DNA of 64,000 nucleotides from Candidatus Aminicenantales bacterium (GTDB lineage: Bacteria > Acidobacteriota > Aminicenantia > Aminicenantales > UBA4085), in contig JBEKTZ010000001.1 of the NCBI GenBank assembly GCA_049515535.1, forward strand, positions 144,599 through 208,598, written 5' to 3'. Positions 1 through 9,579 of this stretch are shown here, one piece after another. The notes beneath the pieces are model-generated. The model saw nothing but the letters and a program-made list of their open reading frames with translations, was not told the DNA's origin and searched no databases. A program made the translations under genes and the position numbers. The number at the start of each line of letters is the position of its first letter. Within the stretch, counting starts at the first letter, position 1.

Positions 1-943
1 AATTTGCCGGCGCCGCCAAGCGGCCCTGGCGGACCAATCCGTACGCGATCAGGCCGGGCAGAACGAAGAGGAAGACCGGGAGGATCTTGATGAACCCGGC
101 AAACAACGGGCCGAGTCTGGCCTGTCGCTCGTCCCTGGCGCCCAAAACGCGCTGGACGATGGTCTGGTCGGCGCACCAATACCAGAGCCCGATGATCGGA
201 TAGCCTAGAAAAACGGAATACCAGGGCAACGACGGAGTCTCGGCCGCGGTCCGCAGGATGGTCAGCTTCACCGGCTCGACGGAGGCGGCGAGCCCGCTCC
301 ATCCTCCCACGGCGGCCAGGCCGAATCCGAGGACGCAGCCCGAGCCGACGATCAGGATGATCGTCTGGGCGGATTCCGTGAGCACCACCGCCAGCAGCCC
401 GCCGACGATCGTATAGAGCCCCGTCAGAAGCGCGGTGAGGACGATGCTCGTCCCGATATCGATGCCGAACAGCCCTTTCAAGACAACGGCGCCCGTATAG
501 AGGGTGAAGCCGATGTGGATGAAGACGGCCGAGACGATCGAGAGCGCGGCCAGCCAATCGCGGCTGGCCCGGCTGTAGCGCTTTTCGAGGAAATCCGGCA
601 GGGTGGCCACCCTGGAGCGGATATAGAACGGCGCGAAAAAGAGGGACAGGACGATGAGCAGGAAAGCCGCCATCCACTCGAAATTTCCGTAGGCCAGCCC
701 GTTGACATAGCCTTCCTGGGCCAGGCTGACGAGGTGCGTGGTCGAGATGTTGGTCGAGAAAAGGGCCAGGCCGATCACCGGCCAGCGAAGGGCGCTTCCG
801 GCCAGAAAGTACTCGGCACTCGTGTGCTGCTTGCGTTTGCGCTTTCCCCAGGCCCAAAGTCCGAGCCCGACGATCCCGACGAGATAGACCCCGATGACCA
901 GCAGATCGGGCCAGGCCATCGTGAGGAGAGGATGTGGTTCCAT
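1..943 (-). CDS. Sodium:solute symporter (SSS family), runs off the window start
   Basis: Hand translation from ATG at 943: MEPHPLLTMAWPDLLVIGVYLVGIVGLGLW...EYFLAGSALRWPVIGLALFSTNIST, later WYWCADQTIVQRVLGA; these are SSS signature motifs. Not in the ORF track because it has no stop in the window. Confidence 0.92.
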   Translation of the reverse strand, partial: MEPHPLLTMAWPDLLVIGVYLVGIVGLGLWAWGKRKRKQHTSAEYFLAGSALRWPVIGLALFSTNISTTHLVSLAQEGYVNGLAYGNFEWMAAFLLIVLSLFFAPFYIRSRVATLPDFLEKRYSRASRDWLAALSIVSAVFIHIGFTLYTGAVVLKGLFGIDIGTSIVLTALLTGLYTIVGGLLAVVLTESAQTIILIVGSGCVLGFGLAAVGGWSGLAASVEPVKLTILRTAAETPSLPWYSVFLGYPIIGLWYWCADQTIVQRVLGARDERQARLGPLFAGFIKILPVFLFVLPGLIAYGLVRQGRLAAPAN

Positions 944-964
944 GCGCCGCCGGCCGCCCCAACC

Positions 965-1396
965 TCAATCCGTATGGAAGACTTCTTCCATCGCGCTCCA
1001 AAACTCCTTGGGACTCCGCAGGGGAACTGGAACCTGGCAGGGATCGGTTTCCTTCCACCATTGCTGCGTCGTCGGATCGGCCGCCATCCTGGCCATGTCG
1101 GCCTGGAAATCCGCGCCCGTGTATTCGAAATACGAAAACAAATAGAATTTGCCTTTCTCGACTTCCTTCAAGTAGATCGAGTAATTGCGAATGTGGCATT
1201 CCTTGATCATCTTGAGGACGCCGGGCCAGCACGCGGCATGGAGCTTTTTATAATAGTCGATCTTATCGGGCTTGATGCCGATGACCATGCCGTAGCGTTG
1301 GACCTTCGGCTGGCTGAAAAGCCGGCCGACCATGAAAGCGGAGCCCAGGGCCCCCGCCATGAAAACGACATACTTGCCGAGTTTGAGTTTGGCCAT
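965..1396 (-). CDS. L-rhamnose/L-fucose mutarotase family protein with N-terminal hydrophobic leader
   Basis: YKKLHAACWPGV, IRNYSIY and QWWKETDPCQ...MEEVFH motifs of the RhaM/DUF718 family. Confidence 0.85.
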   Translation of the reverse strand: MAKLKLGKYVVFMAGALGSAFMVGRLFSQPKVQRYGMVIGIKPDKIDYYKKLHAACWPGVLKMIKECHIRNYSIYLKEVEKGKFYLFSYFEYTGADFQADMARMAADPTTQQWWKETDPCQVPVPLRSPKEFWSAMEEVFHTD

Positions 1397-2863
1397 TCAT
1401 TTTTCCTTTTTTAAGAAATTTTGGACGGGCTGGACGTTCGTGATTTTGAGGGCGACCGGCCAGTCCGGCCCCCAGGCGATGGCGATCGCGTTATCCGCCT
1501 TCTCCGCGCCGGTCCATTTCGATCCGGGCTTCCGGATCATCTGCACGGTCTGCTTCCTTTCGACCTGGATATGGAGCCCCTGGGCATCCTCTTTCCACTC
1601 CAAGTCGCCCGCCTGGCTCAGGAGGGTCACTTTCGTCGTCGGCGTGGCCTTCAACGACCTGAGCGTCAGGAGCCGTCCGGGACGATGGGAAGACGTCGCC
1701 GGCTCCGCGCCATAGTCCAGATCGGCGAAGGCATAGACCGTCTTCTCGTCGCGCCGCTGGGTGAACCAAACGTCGCCCTCGTTCGTCACGACCCACGGCC
1801 GGATGCCGCGCACGGCCTCGCCGTAGAGCATCATCCAGAGGCCGAGGTCGCGGAGGCGGTCGACGTCGGGGTCGGCGATCCTGCCCTCGGGACGCGGCCC
1901 GACGTTGAGCAGCATGTTTCCGCCGCGGGCGCGGATGGCAATAAGGTTTTTGATGATTTCTTTCGGCGTGCGGATATCCGGATCCGGCTGATAGGACCAT
2001 TGAATGCTCGTCGTCATGCAGCTTTCCCAGGCATGGTCGGACGCCTGGCCGGGGATTTCCTGCTCGGGCGTCGGGATCTCGCCCCGGCCGATGAAGACGT
2101 CCTGTTTCACCCGCCAGGCTTGTTTCTTGAGCGGTTCGCATTTTCCATCGAACCAGATCATGAAGACGTCCCCATACCGCGTCAGGAGCTCTTCGACCTG
2201 GCCGCGCTCGTAATCCGCGAAATTTTTTTTCAGCGGGCCGAAAAGCTCGGGGCTCGCGAAATCCGCTTCGTAGAGATGGCTGAAGCGATGGCCGGTTTCG
2301 TATTGATAACGGAAATCCCCCGGCGAATAATAGATCCCGACGAGAAGACCTTCCCGGCGGAAAGCGTCGACGAGCCCGGCCAGGATGTCCCGGCCGTAGG
2401 GCGTCCTGGTGATCTTGAAATCGCTGTAGGCGGTATCGAACATGCAAAAACCGTCGTGGTGCTTGGCCGTGAAAACGACGTATTCCACGCCGGCGAGCTT
2501 GGCCAGCCGCGCCCAGGCCTTCGGGTCGAAATCGACGGGATTGAATGTTTCCGCCAGGCCGTAATATTTTTTGACATAATCGTCCGAGGCGTTGTAGAGC
2601 GGCCAGGAGATCTCGGTCCCCATCTGCGAATTCGGCCCCCAGTGAATGAACAGGCCGAGGCCCGCGTCACGGAACATCTCCGTCTTCGCCGGATCGTTCG
2701 AAAGGCGGACCTTGTCTTCGGCCAGAAGCGTCGGGGGCTTCTGGCCCGGAATCTTATCGTCGGCCGGACGCTTCGCGCAACCCAGGATGCCGAGCGCGAG
2801 AACGCCGCACAAAGAGCCGACCCCGATCCAACGGGCCATGGATTTCGAACGGAATTTTCGCAT
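1397..2863 (-). CDS. Alpha-L-fucosidase (GH29), predicted lipoprotein
   Basis: GLFIHWG, TAKHHDGF, WFDG, WESCMT and GGNMLLNVGP motifs; start placed at MRKFRS after an AAAGGAG RBS; ILGC lipobox. Confidence 0.92.
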   Translation of the reverse strand: MRKFRSKSMARWIGVGSLCGVLALGILGCAKRPADDKIPGQKPPTLLAEDKVRLSNDPAKTEMFRDAGLGLFIHWGPNSQMGTEISWPLYNASDDYVKKYYGLAETFNPVDFDPKAWARLAKLAGVEYVVFTAKHHDGFCMFDTAYSDFKITRTPYGRDILAGLVDAFRREGLLVGIYYSPGDFRYQYETGHRFSHLYEADFASPELFGPLKKNFADYERGQVEELLTRYGDVFMIWFDGKCEPLKKQAWRVKQDVFIGRGEIPTPEQEIPGQASDHAWESCMTTSIQWSYQPDPDIRTPKEIIKNLIAIRARGGNMLLNVGPRPEGRIADPDVDRLRDLGLWMMLYGEAVRGIRPWVVTNEGDVWFTQRRDEKTVYAFADLDYGAEPATSSHRPGRLLTLRSLKATPTTKVTLLSQAGDLEWKEDAQGLHIQVERKQTVQMIRKPGSKWTGAEKADNAIAIAWGPDWPVALKITNVQPVQNFLKKEK

Positions 2864-2876
2864 GCTTCTCTCCTTT

Positions 2877-3947
2877 CTAGGCCTCATATCCGCCGGCTTC
2901 GCGGACGGTCTCATAAAGAGCCAGGACATTGTCCACGGGCGTCTCCGGCAGAAGATAATCATGGCTGGGCGAAGCGATATAGCCTCCCCCCGGCTTCATG
3001 ATCGCCAGGACTTCGCGGGTCCCGGCCCTGACGAGATCGGGGGTCCCCCGAATGAGCAGGTGATGCGTGTCGATGGAGCCGTTGAGGACGATCCGGCCGC
3101 CGTACGCCCTTTTCAACCGGGCCGGATCCATGTCGCGCGCATCGGGCTGGAGGGACTGCAGCGCATCGAGGCCGATTCCGATCATGGCCGGGACGAGCGG
3201 AAAGAAACCGCCGCAGCAATGGAGCATGACTTTGAGGCCGAAATCGTGGCCGAGCCCGACGAGGCGTTTCAAATGCGGAAGAAAGAACCGCCGGAACATG
3301 CTTTCGCCGACGACCGGCCCGTTCTGCGTCCCGAAGTCGTTGCCGATGAAAAAAATATCCAGGCTTCCCGCGGCCGCCTCGAAAATCCTCCGGCTGACCT
3401 CGCTGTAATAGTCCACGACGCGGCCGAGGAGCGCATCCACGAGCGCGGGATTTTCGATCATGGCCGTCATGAATGTTTCCATGCCGAGAAGGTCGACGGC
3501 GTCGTGGTAAAAGGGAGACCAGTCGCCGCCGAGAACGGCATAGCGGCCTTCCCACGCGAGCGCGTCGGCCCTGATCCGCGAAACGTCCATCCACGCGGGA
3601 TCGGGCCAGGGAAAGGCGTCGAGGTCCGCGGGCGTCCGGGCGTCCCGCAAAGGATGTCCGAGCGGTTGGCCATAGCCGTAGCCGTGGCGCTCGACGCCAA
3701 ACGGAGTGCGGCTCGTCGCGATGGGACTGGTGAAACAAGCATCCGGCGAGCGGTCCGCGGGACCGCTATATTTTGCATAGACGCGGCGGAAATCGTCGCC
3801 GATATGGAGCGACAAGTCCTCGTCGTCAGCGAGATTCAGGCGGTTTCTGGCCAGTTCCCGGAATTCGGGCGAGGCGCCCATCCAGCAGGGCACGCGGTCG
3901 GGCATCCGGCGCTCAAAAACCGCGCGCACCCGTTCCCGGGAGGTCAT
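2877..3947 (-). CDS. Uroporphyrinogen decarboxylase-like (MtaA/CmuA-related) family protein
   Basis: MTSRERV...PDRVP start, NDFGTQ, LHCCG and GGGYIASPSH motifs. Confidence 0.85.
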   Translation of the reverse strand: MTSRERVRAVFERRMPDRVPCWMGASPEFRELARNRLNLADDEDLSLHIGDDFRRVYAKYSGPADRSPDACFTSPIATSRTPFGVERHGYGYGQPLGHPLRDARTPADLDAFPWPDPAWMDVSRIRADALAWEGRYAVLGGDWSPFYHDAVDLLGMETFMTAMIENPALVDALLGRVVDYYSEVSRRIFEAAAGSLDIFFIGNDFGTQNGPVVGESMFRRFFLPHLKRLVGLGHDFGLKVMLHCCGGFFPLVPAMIGIGLDALQSLQPDARDMDPARLKRAYGGRIVLNGSIDTHHLLIRGTPDLVRAGTREVLAIMKPGGGYIASPSHDYLLPETPVDNVLALYETVREAGGYEA

Positions 3948-3953
3948 GGCAGC

Positions 3954-3982
3954 ATCATACGGAAGAACGCGCGCATTTTCAA
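3954..3982 (-). promoter_or_regulatory. Sigma70-type promoter, probably leaderless
   Basis: Minus strand TTGAAA-17 nt-TATGAT, then 6 nt to the ATG at 3947; no RBS. Confidence 0.6.
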
Positions 3983-4121
3983 TCGGAGGTCGAAAACCGA
4001 AAATTGCCGACAGAAAACGAGCTGGAATTCCAGACTCGGAAAACCGAAGAGCGTCCGCCCGCGCTTCCTAGTATCCCGTCTCTCAATTTCCCTATCAAAT
4101 ATCTCCTTGAGACGGGATACT

Positions 4122-4206
4122 TCCAGGGGGGAGTCAAGCTCCCCCCTCGGCGCTTCGCTGACCCCCTGAGGGGGAACCAATCCATTCCCCCTCAAACTCC
4201 CCTGGA
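4122..4206. repeat. Nested palindromic (REP-like) intergenic element
   Basis: Outer TCCAGGGG/CCCCTGGA arms enclose the hairpins GGGGGGAG-tcaag-CTCCCCCC and TGAGGGGGAA-8 nt-TTCCCCCTCA. Confidence 0.65.
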
Positions 4207-4260
4207 TGTTGTGCGTCCCCCTCGTCGGCTATTTAGCCAAGGAACTTACGAGACGCACAA

Positions 4261-6321
4261 CTATCGATGTCCGAGCATGGCCCCGGAAACAGGCTGTTTC
4301 GGGAGGCCCGGCATTTGAAAGGAAACCGTCAATCTGTCGCCTCCGGACTTATTGAAATAGCGGACCCGGAAGGGATGCGGGCCGGCGGCCAGGGCGATCA
4401 GGCCGTGTTTTTCCTGCATCCCGTGCAAGCCGCTATTATCGACGACGAGCGTGTCGTCGATATTAAGATCGCTCCCGTCGTCCGATCCGATAAAAAACGC
4501 GTAGACGCCGTCTTTCGGAACCTGGAGATAGCCCGTGAATTCGAATCCGTAATATTCCTTTCTCTTCTTGCCGGACAGATCAACGGCGGAGCTTACCCCG
4601 GTGCCGGCCGGCCGGAGTTTTGCAAAATCGGGGATGTTGTCCCAATCGCCCTCATAATAATTGTAAAGGGCGCCGGGCTTGAGGTCGATGTCGGCCGCAG
4701 CGGGACGCGGCTTGACTTTAGTGAACGCGGCCTGGGCGGTCGCGCTGACCGGCTTGCCCTCGCGGAAACACCTGGCCGAGACGACGGACGTGTCCGTCAC
4801 ATGGATGGGCCCCTTGACCGGAAGCGATGAAAGCGACGGCACGGTTCCGTCCAGCGTAAAACGAATATCGACGTTCGCCCGGCCGGACACCACGGTCACG
4901 TCGAGGGCGTCCAGGAAAATAGCGAATTCGGATTTGATGTCCGGCGGATCGCTGATGTCGGGCCGGCCCTCAACGTCCAGCACGACGACGCTGTCGTAAG
5001 GATTGGGAGCGATGCTTTGAAGGTCGATAACCAGGGCATCCTCGTTCCGGGTCACGGCCAGCGGGGATTTCGCCGGATCGGCCAGAAGAAAGGCTTGCTT
5101 TGTTTTGTTGGAAATCCCGGGCACGACAAGCTTCCCTTCCACCGGCCATTGGAAAACATGGAGGAAGAGGCGCGTCCCGCCGTCGATCGCCTTCTGAGTG
5201 CATCTCCCCCAGACGAGCTTCTTGAATGGGCTGGCCTGCGTTCCGTAGATCGATTCCCCGTTCATCCGCAGCCACGACCCGATATCGGCGAGGAGTGTTG
5301 TGCTCAGCGGCGGAAATTGGCCGTCCGCCCGGGGGCCGTCATTGAGCAGGAAATTTCCGCCTTTCGAGGCGATGTCGACCAGCATCAGGGTGAGATCCTT
5401 GGCCGATTTCCAATTCGAGTCGTGGCTGTTGTAGCCCCAGTTGTCGTTCATGGTCATGCAGGTCTCCCAGTCCAGGCCGGGAAGCCCGGTGGCCGGGATC
5501 TGCTGCTCAGGCGTGCCGAAATCGCCGGCCGATTCCTTTCCCTGGGAAAAGCCCTCCATGCCCGACCGGCTCGCGCCGACGCGGTTGTTGATGATGATGT
5601 CCGGCTGCAGGCTCCTGACATATTGGTAGAGCTCGCGGCCATACTTCTCGTTCCAGGTCGCCTCCCACTCTCCGTCGAACCAGAGGACCCCGATCGGCCC
5701 GTAATTTGTCAGCAGCTCCTTGAGCTCGTTTTTCATGTACTGGACGTACCGGTCGAAATTCGCGCCGGCCGTCGGGCGATCTTTTTCCCAACCGCGGCGC
5801 GGCAAGTAATCGGGATGGTGCCAGTCCATGATCGAGTAATAGAAACCCAGCTTGATCCCTTGCTTGCGGCAAGCCTCGGAAAGCTCCTTCAAGACGTCGC
5901 GTTTGAACGGCGTGGACATGATGTCGAAATCCGTGAATCGGGAATCGAAAAGGCAAAACCCGTCATGATGTTTGGAGGTGATGACGATGTATTTCATGCC
6001 GGCGTCTTTGGCCATGCGGACCCATTCATCGGCGTTGAACTCCTTCGGGTCGAACATTTGGACGAGCTTTTCGTACTCCTCCAGCGGGATCTGGGCGTTG
6101 TTCCTGATCCATTCGCCGTAGTTCGTCTTACCGTTCCACTCGCCGGCCGGGACGGCATACAGGCCCCAGTGGATGAAAAGGCCGAAGCGGGCCTCGCGCC
6201 ACCACTGCAGGCGGGCATCATGTTGGGCCTGCGTTTCGAGCTGAGCGAAAAGCGAAGCGGAGGATAAAACCCCGATGATGACGACAGCGAAAAAAACGCC
6301 TTTCATGAATTTTCCTCTCAT
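4261..6321 (-). CDS. Alpha-L-fucosidase (GH29) with C-terminal Fn3-associated and PA14 domains
   Basis: RFGLFIHWG, KHHDGF, WFDGEW; FTLDGTVP (chitobiase/Fn3-associated); FTGYL...GSDDGS...GLHG (PA14); signal peptide. Confidence 0.93.
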   Translation of the reverse strand: MRGKFMKGVFFAVVIIGVLSSASLFAQLETQAQHDARLQWWREARFGLFIHWGLYAVPAGEWNGKTNYGEWIRNNAQIPLEEYEKLVQMFDPKEFNADEWVRMAKDAGMKYIVITSKHHDGFCLFDSRFTDFDIMSTPFKRDVLKELSEACRKQGIKLGFYYSIMDWHHPDYLPRRGWEKDRPTAGANFDRYVQYMKNELKELLTNYGPIGVLWFDGEWEATWNEKYGRELYQYVRSLQPDIIINNRVGASRSGMEGFSQGKESAGDFGTPEQQIPATGLPGLDWETCMTMNDNWGYNSHDSNWKSAKDLTLMLVDIASKGGNFLLNDGPRADGQFPPLSTTLLADIGSWLRMNGESIYGTQASPFKKLVWGRCTQKAIDGGTRLFLHVFQWPVEGKLVVPGISNKTKQAFLLADPAKSPLAVTRNEDALVIDLQSIAPNPYDSVVVLDVEGRPDISDPPDIKSEFAIFLDALDVTVVSGRANVDIRFTLDGTVPSLSSLPVKGPIHVTDTSVVSARCFREGKPVSATAQAAFTKVKPRPAAADIDLKPGALYNYYEGDWDNIPDFAKLRPAGTGVSSAVDLSGKKRKEYYGFEFTGYLQVPKDGVYAFFIGSDDGSDLNIDDTLVVDNSGLHGMQEKHGLIALAAGPHPFRVRYFNKSGGDRLTVSFQMPGLPKQPVSGAMLGHR

Positions 6322-7241
6322 TTCGCCTCCTTTTTATTTTTCTCGAGCGTCAGACTGTCGGCCTTGCGAAAGCCTCTCACGATCATATCGCCCGACGGAG
6401 CGACATCGACAACGGCATAGCTGTTGTTTTCGGGGCCGAGGCCCTCGATCATCCCTTTCAGCGTGTAGTAATGAATGCCGCCGATCCGGCTGTACGCCCC
6501 CTCGTGGCGGTGGCCCTGGAAAACCGCGAGCACCTTCCCGGATTGTTCGAGCATCGATCTGACTTTTGCGGCATTCTTGACGTAATAATCCCCGGCGCCG
6601 TCCAACTGCTGGTGAATAAAAACGACGACGGGTTTGGACGAAGCGACCAGCTCGCTTCTGAGCCAATCGATCTCATGGGCCGGAATGTTGGTATCGGCCC
6701 AGGCGAACCGGCCATGATCGTAGGGCGCGCCCTTGGCGTCGAAATTGGCGTCGAGCACGAGAAAACGGACGCCCCGGACATCGAAGCCATAGAAGCTCCA
6801 TCCTTTGGGGATGCCGGTGTTTTCGACCGCGTTCAGGAATTGTTCTTTCGACAAACTGTCTTGGTCATGGTTGCCGAGAACATGGTATCGGGGGCCGAGA
6901 AAACGCCCGAACGCGCTTTCGATCCTCCGGAGATAGGCCAGAGTCCTGGCTTCCACCGGAACCTCGTCCTGATCCTTGAAATCGCCGAGTTCGATGAGGA
7001 AATCGACCCGCTCGCGGTTCATGACCGCGACGCACTCCTCCATTTTCGCCAGGGATTCTCGGAAGGGCCGCCCCTCCCTGGCTTGGCAGTCGGCATAATG
7101 CGCGTCCGTGACGATGCCGAAGCGGATCCCAACCGCTTTTCCAACGATGGAGACCGGCTTGGGCGCGCAGGCCGCGAGCAGACCGACGGCCAGGACCGGC
7201 ATCGCGGCCCAGGCGGCCTTCAGGAAATGACGGCGCTTCAT
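6318..7241 (-). CDS. Calcineurin-like metallophosphoesterase, Tat/lipoprotein signal
   Basis: DAH, LGD, GNHD and GHRH motifs; RRHFLK twin-arginine motif and LAAC lipobox. Confidence 0.88.
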   Translation of the reverse strand: MKRRHFLKAAWAAMPVLAVGLLAACAPKPVSIVGKAVGIRFGIVTDAHYADCQAREGRPFRESLAKMEECVAVMNRERVDFLIELGDFKDQDEVPVEARTLAYLRRIESAFGRFLGPRYHVLGNHDQDSLSKEQFLNAVENTGIPKGWSFYGFDVRGVRFLVLDANFDAKGAPYDHGRFAWADTNIPAHEIDWLRSELVASSKPVVVFIHQQLDGAGDYYVKNAAKVRSMLEQSGKVLAVFQGHRHEGAYSRIGGIHYYTLKGMIEGLGPENNSYAVVDVAPSGDMIVRGFRKADSLTLEKNKKEAK

Positions 7242-7309
7242 TCGCGACCTCGGGAACGAATCGTCCTCTAGCTTAGTGCAGAGGCAAAAAGGAAGTCAAC
7301 CGGACACTC

Positions 7310-7347
7310 TTGGAGGAAAACCCTTTTTGGGGTTTCCCTCCAACGGG
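7310..7347. repeat. Hairpin element TTGGAGG...CCAACGGG, with a related copy at 18424-18450
   Basis: TTGGAGGAAAACCC-tttttg-GGGTTTCCCTCCAA followed by CGGG; the same ends occur at 18424. Confidence 0.5.
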
Positions 7348-7453
7348 AGCTTCGCTCTCTGCCACCCTTCCCTGGAGCATCTCGTGAACGCAATTTTGCG
7401 GTTAGGCTATATTTAAAAATGGGGCGCCCCGGTCGAGACGGGGATAGAATTCT

Positions 7454-7960
7454 TCAAGATTTGAAAATCTTCTCGATATCGTTAAACGCTTTTGTAAGGA
7501 TCTCTTTGACCACGGGGATCTTCTCGGCGCCCGCTTTCCGCGCTTGGTGCCCGATCATGCGGCCGAGGTCGCCCAGCGTATGCATGATCCCGTGCATATC
7601 ATCCCGCATTTCCGATCCCCAATTTCCCCACCAGTTCTTCATCTGTCTGTGGATTTCGTCGGTTTCCTTTTCCTTTCCCGCCAAAAAAGATTTTCCTTCT
7701 TCGGTTATGGTATAGACTTTCTTGCCTTCCTGCTGGACGGATGTGACATACCCTGCTTCCTCGAGCCACTGGAGCGTAGGATAGATGGCGCCGGGGCTCG
7801 GCGAGTAGAAACCGTTGCACTGCTCCTCGAGATCCCGGATGATCTCATAACCGTGCCGCGGCTTGTTCTTGAGCAAATCGAGGATCAAATATTTGAAGTC
7901 GCCTTTGTGAAAGAGCCTTTCTCCCCTCGGCCAAAAACCATATCGTTGTCGATAAAACAT
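7454..7960 (-). CDS. PadR-family transcriptional regulator
   Basis: PRHGYEII...YSPSPGAIYPTLQ...KKVYTITEEG. Confidence 0.93.
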   Translation of the reverse strand: MFYRQRYGFWPRGERLFHKGDFKYLILDLLKNKPRHGYEIIRDLEEQCNGFYSPSPGAIYPTLQWLEEAGYVTSVQQEGKKVYTITEEGKSFLAGKEKETDEIHRQMKNWWGNWGSEMRDDMHGIMHTLGDLGRMIGHQARKAGAEKIPVVKEILTKAFNDIEKIFKS

Positions 7961-7990
7961 TTTACCTCCTTAAGGTTAAAAAGATACTCT

Positions 7991-8036
7991 TAGATATATC
8001 TAGATATAATTTAGATGGAAAACATTCATTTGTCAA
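7991..8036 (-). promoter_or_regulatory. padR promoter with overlapping palindromic operator
   Basis: Minus strand TTGACA (8031-8036)-17 nt-TAAATT; palindromes TAGATATATCTA (7991-8002) and TATATCTAGATATA (7995-8008) just downstream. Confidence 0.6.
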
Positions 8037-8130
8037 GTGGCTGAGCACCCTGAGCACCGGCTTGCTTTTTTCAAAAAAAAGCATTAAATATTTTTATATC
8101 GATCCGGGAAGCGGTTCAAGAGGAGAGCGC

Positions 8131-9579
8131 ATGCGAACGAAAATCTTTTTATGCCTTTTTATGATTTGCGCGGGGCTGGCATTTTCCGGTTTTCCGAACG
8201 GCGGGCAGACCCCCAAAAACGAGGAACGGGAAACCGATCTCCTGGTCCTGAAAAAACTCGATTGGTTCCGGGACGTCAAGTTCGGGTTGATGATGCACTG
8301 GGGCCCTTACAGCCAGTGGGGTGTCGTCGAATCCTGGAGCATTTGTTCCGAGGATGAGCCCTGGTGCCGCCGCGACATCCCCGATTACGTCGCCTATAAG
8401 AATAAGTACGAAGACCTCAAAAAGACGTTCAATCCCGTGAAGTTCGATCCCGAGGCGTGGGCGCGGGCGGCCAAATACGCGGGCATGCGCTACGTCGTTC
8501 ACACGACCAAGCATCACGACGGGTTCTGCATGTTCGACACGCGACAGACCGATTACAAGATCACGTCGGCCGAATGCCCGTTTTCCAAGAATCCCAAGGC
8601 CAATATCGTCAAGGAGATCTTCGACGCGTTCCGCCGGGAAGGTTTCGGCATCGGCGCCTATTTTTCCAAGCCCGACTGGCACTCTCCGGACTATTGGGCG
8701 CCGGAGTGGGCGACCCCCGACCGGAACGTCAATTATGATACGGAGAAATATCCCGCGCGCTGGCGGAAATTCCGGGATTATACGTACGCCCAGATCGAAG
8801 AGCTGATGACGGGTTACGGGAATATCGATATCCTGTGGCTCGACGGCGGCTGGGTCCGGCCTTATCCTCCGCTCGAGCCAGATCTTCGCGGCATCCTCAA
8901 AAGGCCGTTCAACCAGGACATCGACATGCCGAAAATCGCCGCCATGGCCCGCGGACGGCAGCCGGGCTTGATCATCGTCGATCGCACGGTGACGGGCAAA
9001 TACGAAAATTACCGAACGCCCGAACAAGAGATCCCCGACAAGCCGCCGGCCTATATCTGGGAAACGTGCATGACCATGGGGAATTCCTGGTCCTATGTGC
9101 CGAACGATCGCTACAAGTCCGCGAACAAATTGATCCATCTTCTGGTCGATATCGTCTCTAAAGGCGGAAATTTCCTCTTGAACATCGGACCGAACGCCGA
9201 GGGCGAACTGCCGGCCGAAGCCTTGAAGCGCCTGAAGGAGATCGGCGATTGGATGAAAATCAACGCCGAGGCCATCTATAAAACCAGGCCCATCGCTCCC
9301 TACAAAGAAGCCAAGACGTGCTTCACTTCGCTGGCGGACGGAACGATTTTCGCGATCTACCTGGCGGACGAGGACGAGACCCGTCCTCCGGCGACGATCC
9401 AGCTCTATTCCCAGGCGCCGGGGCCGGGAGCGAAGATCCGCATGCTCGGCGTCCCGGAGGCCGTCCGATGGGAAAAGGACGGCAAGGGCATCCTCATTCA
9501 CGTCCCGGAGCCGGCCCTCAAGAATCCTCCCTGCCGGCACGCCTGGGTCTTCAGGATATCGAAAGGGACGGACAAATGA
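8131..9579 (+). CDS. Alpha-L-fucosidase (GH29), secreted
   Basis: KFGLMMHWG, TTKHHDGF, WLDGGW, WETCMT, GGNFLLNIGP; start at MRTKIF after AGGAG. Confidence 0.93.
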   Translation: MRTKIFLCLFMICAGLAFSGFPNGGQTPKNEERETDLLVLKKLDWFRDVKFGLMMHWGPYSQWGVVESWSICSEDEPWCRRDIPDYVAYKNKYEDLKKTFNPVKFDPEAWARAAKYAGMRYVVHTTKHHDGFCMFDTRQTDYKITSAECPFSKNPKANIVKEIFDAFRREGFGIGAYFSKPDWHSPDYWAPEWATPDRNVNYDTEKYPARWRKFRDYTYAQIEELMTGYGNIDILWLDGGWVRPYPPLEPDLRGILKRPFNQDIDMPKIAAMARGRQPGLIIVDRTVTGKYENYRTPEQEIPDKPPAYIWETCMTMGNSWSYVPNDRYKSANKLIHLLVDIVSKGGNFLLNIGPNAEGELPAEALKRLKEIGDWMKINAEAIYKTRPIAPYKEAKTCFTSLADGTIFAIYLADEDETRPPATIQLYSQAPGPGAKIRMLGVPEAVRWEKDGKGILIHVPEPALKNPPCRHAWVFRISKGTDK

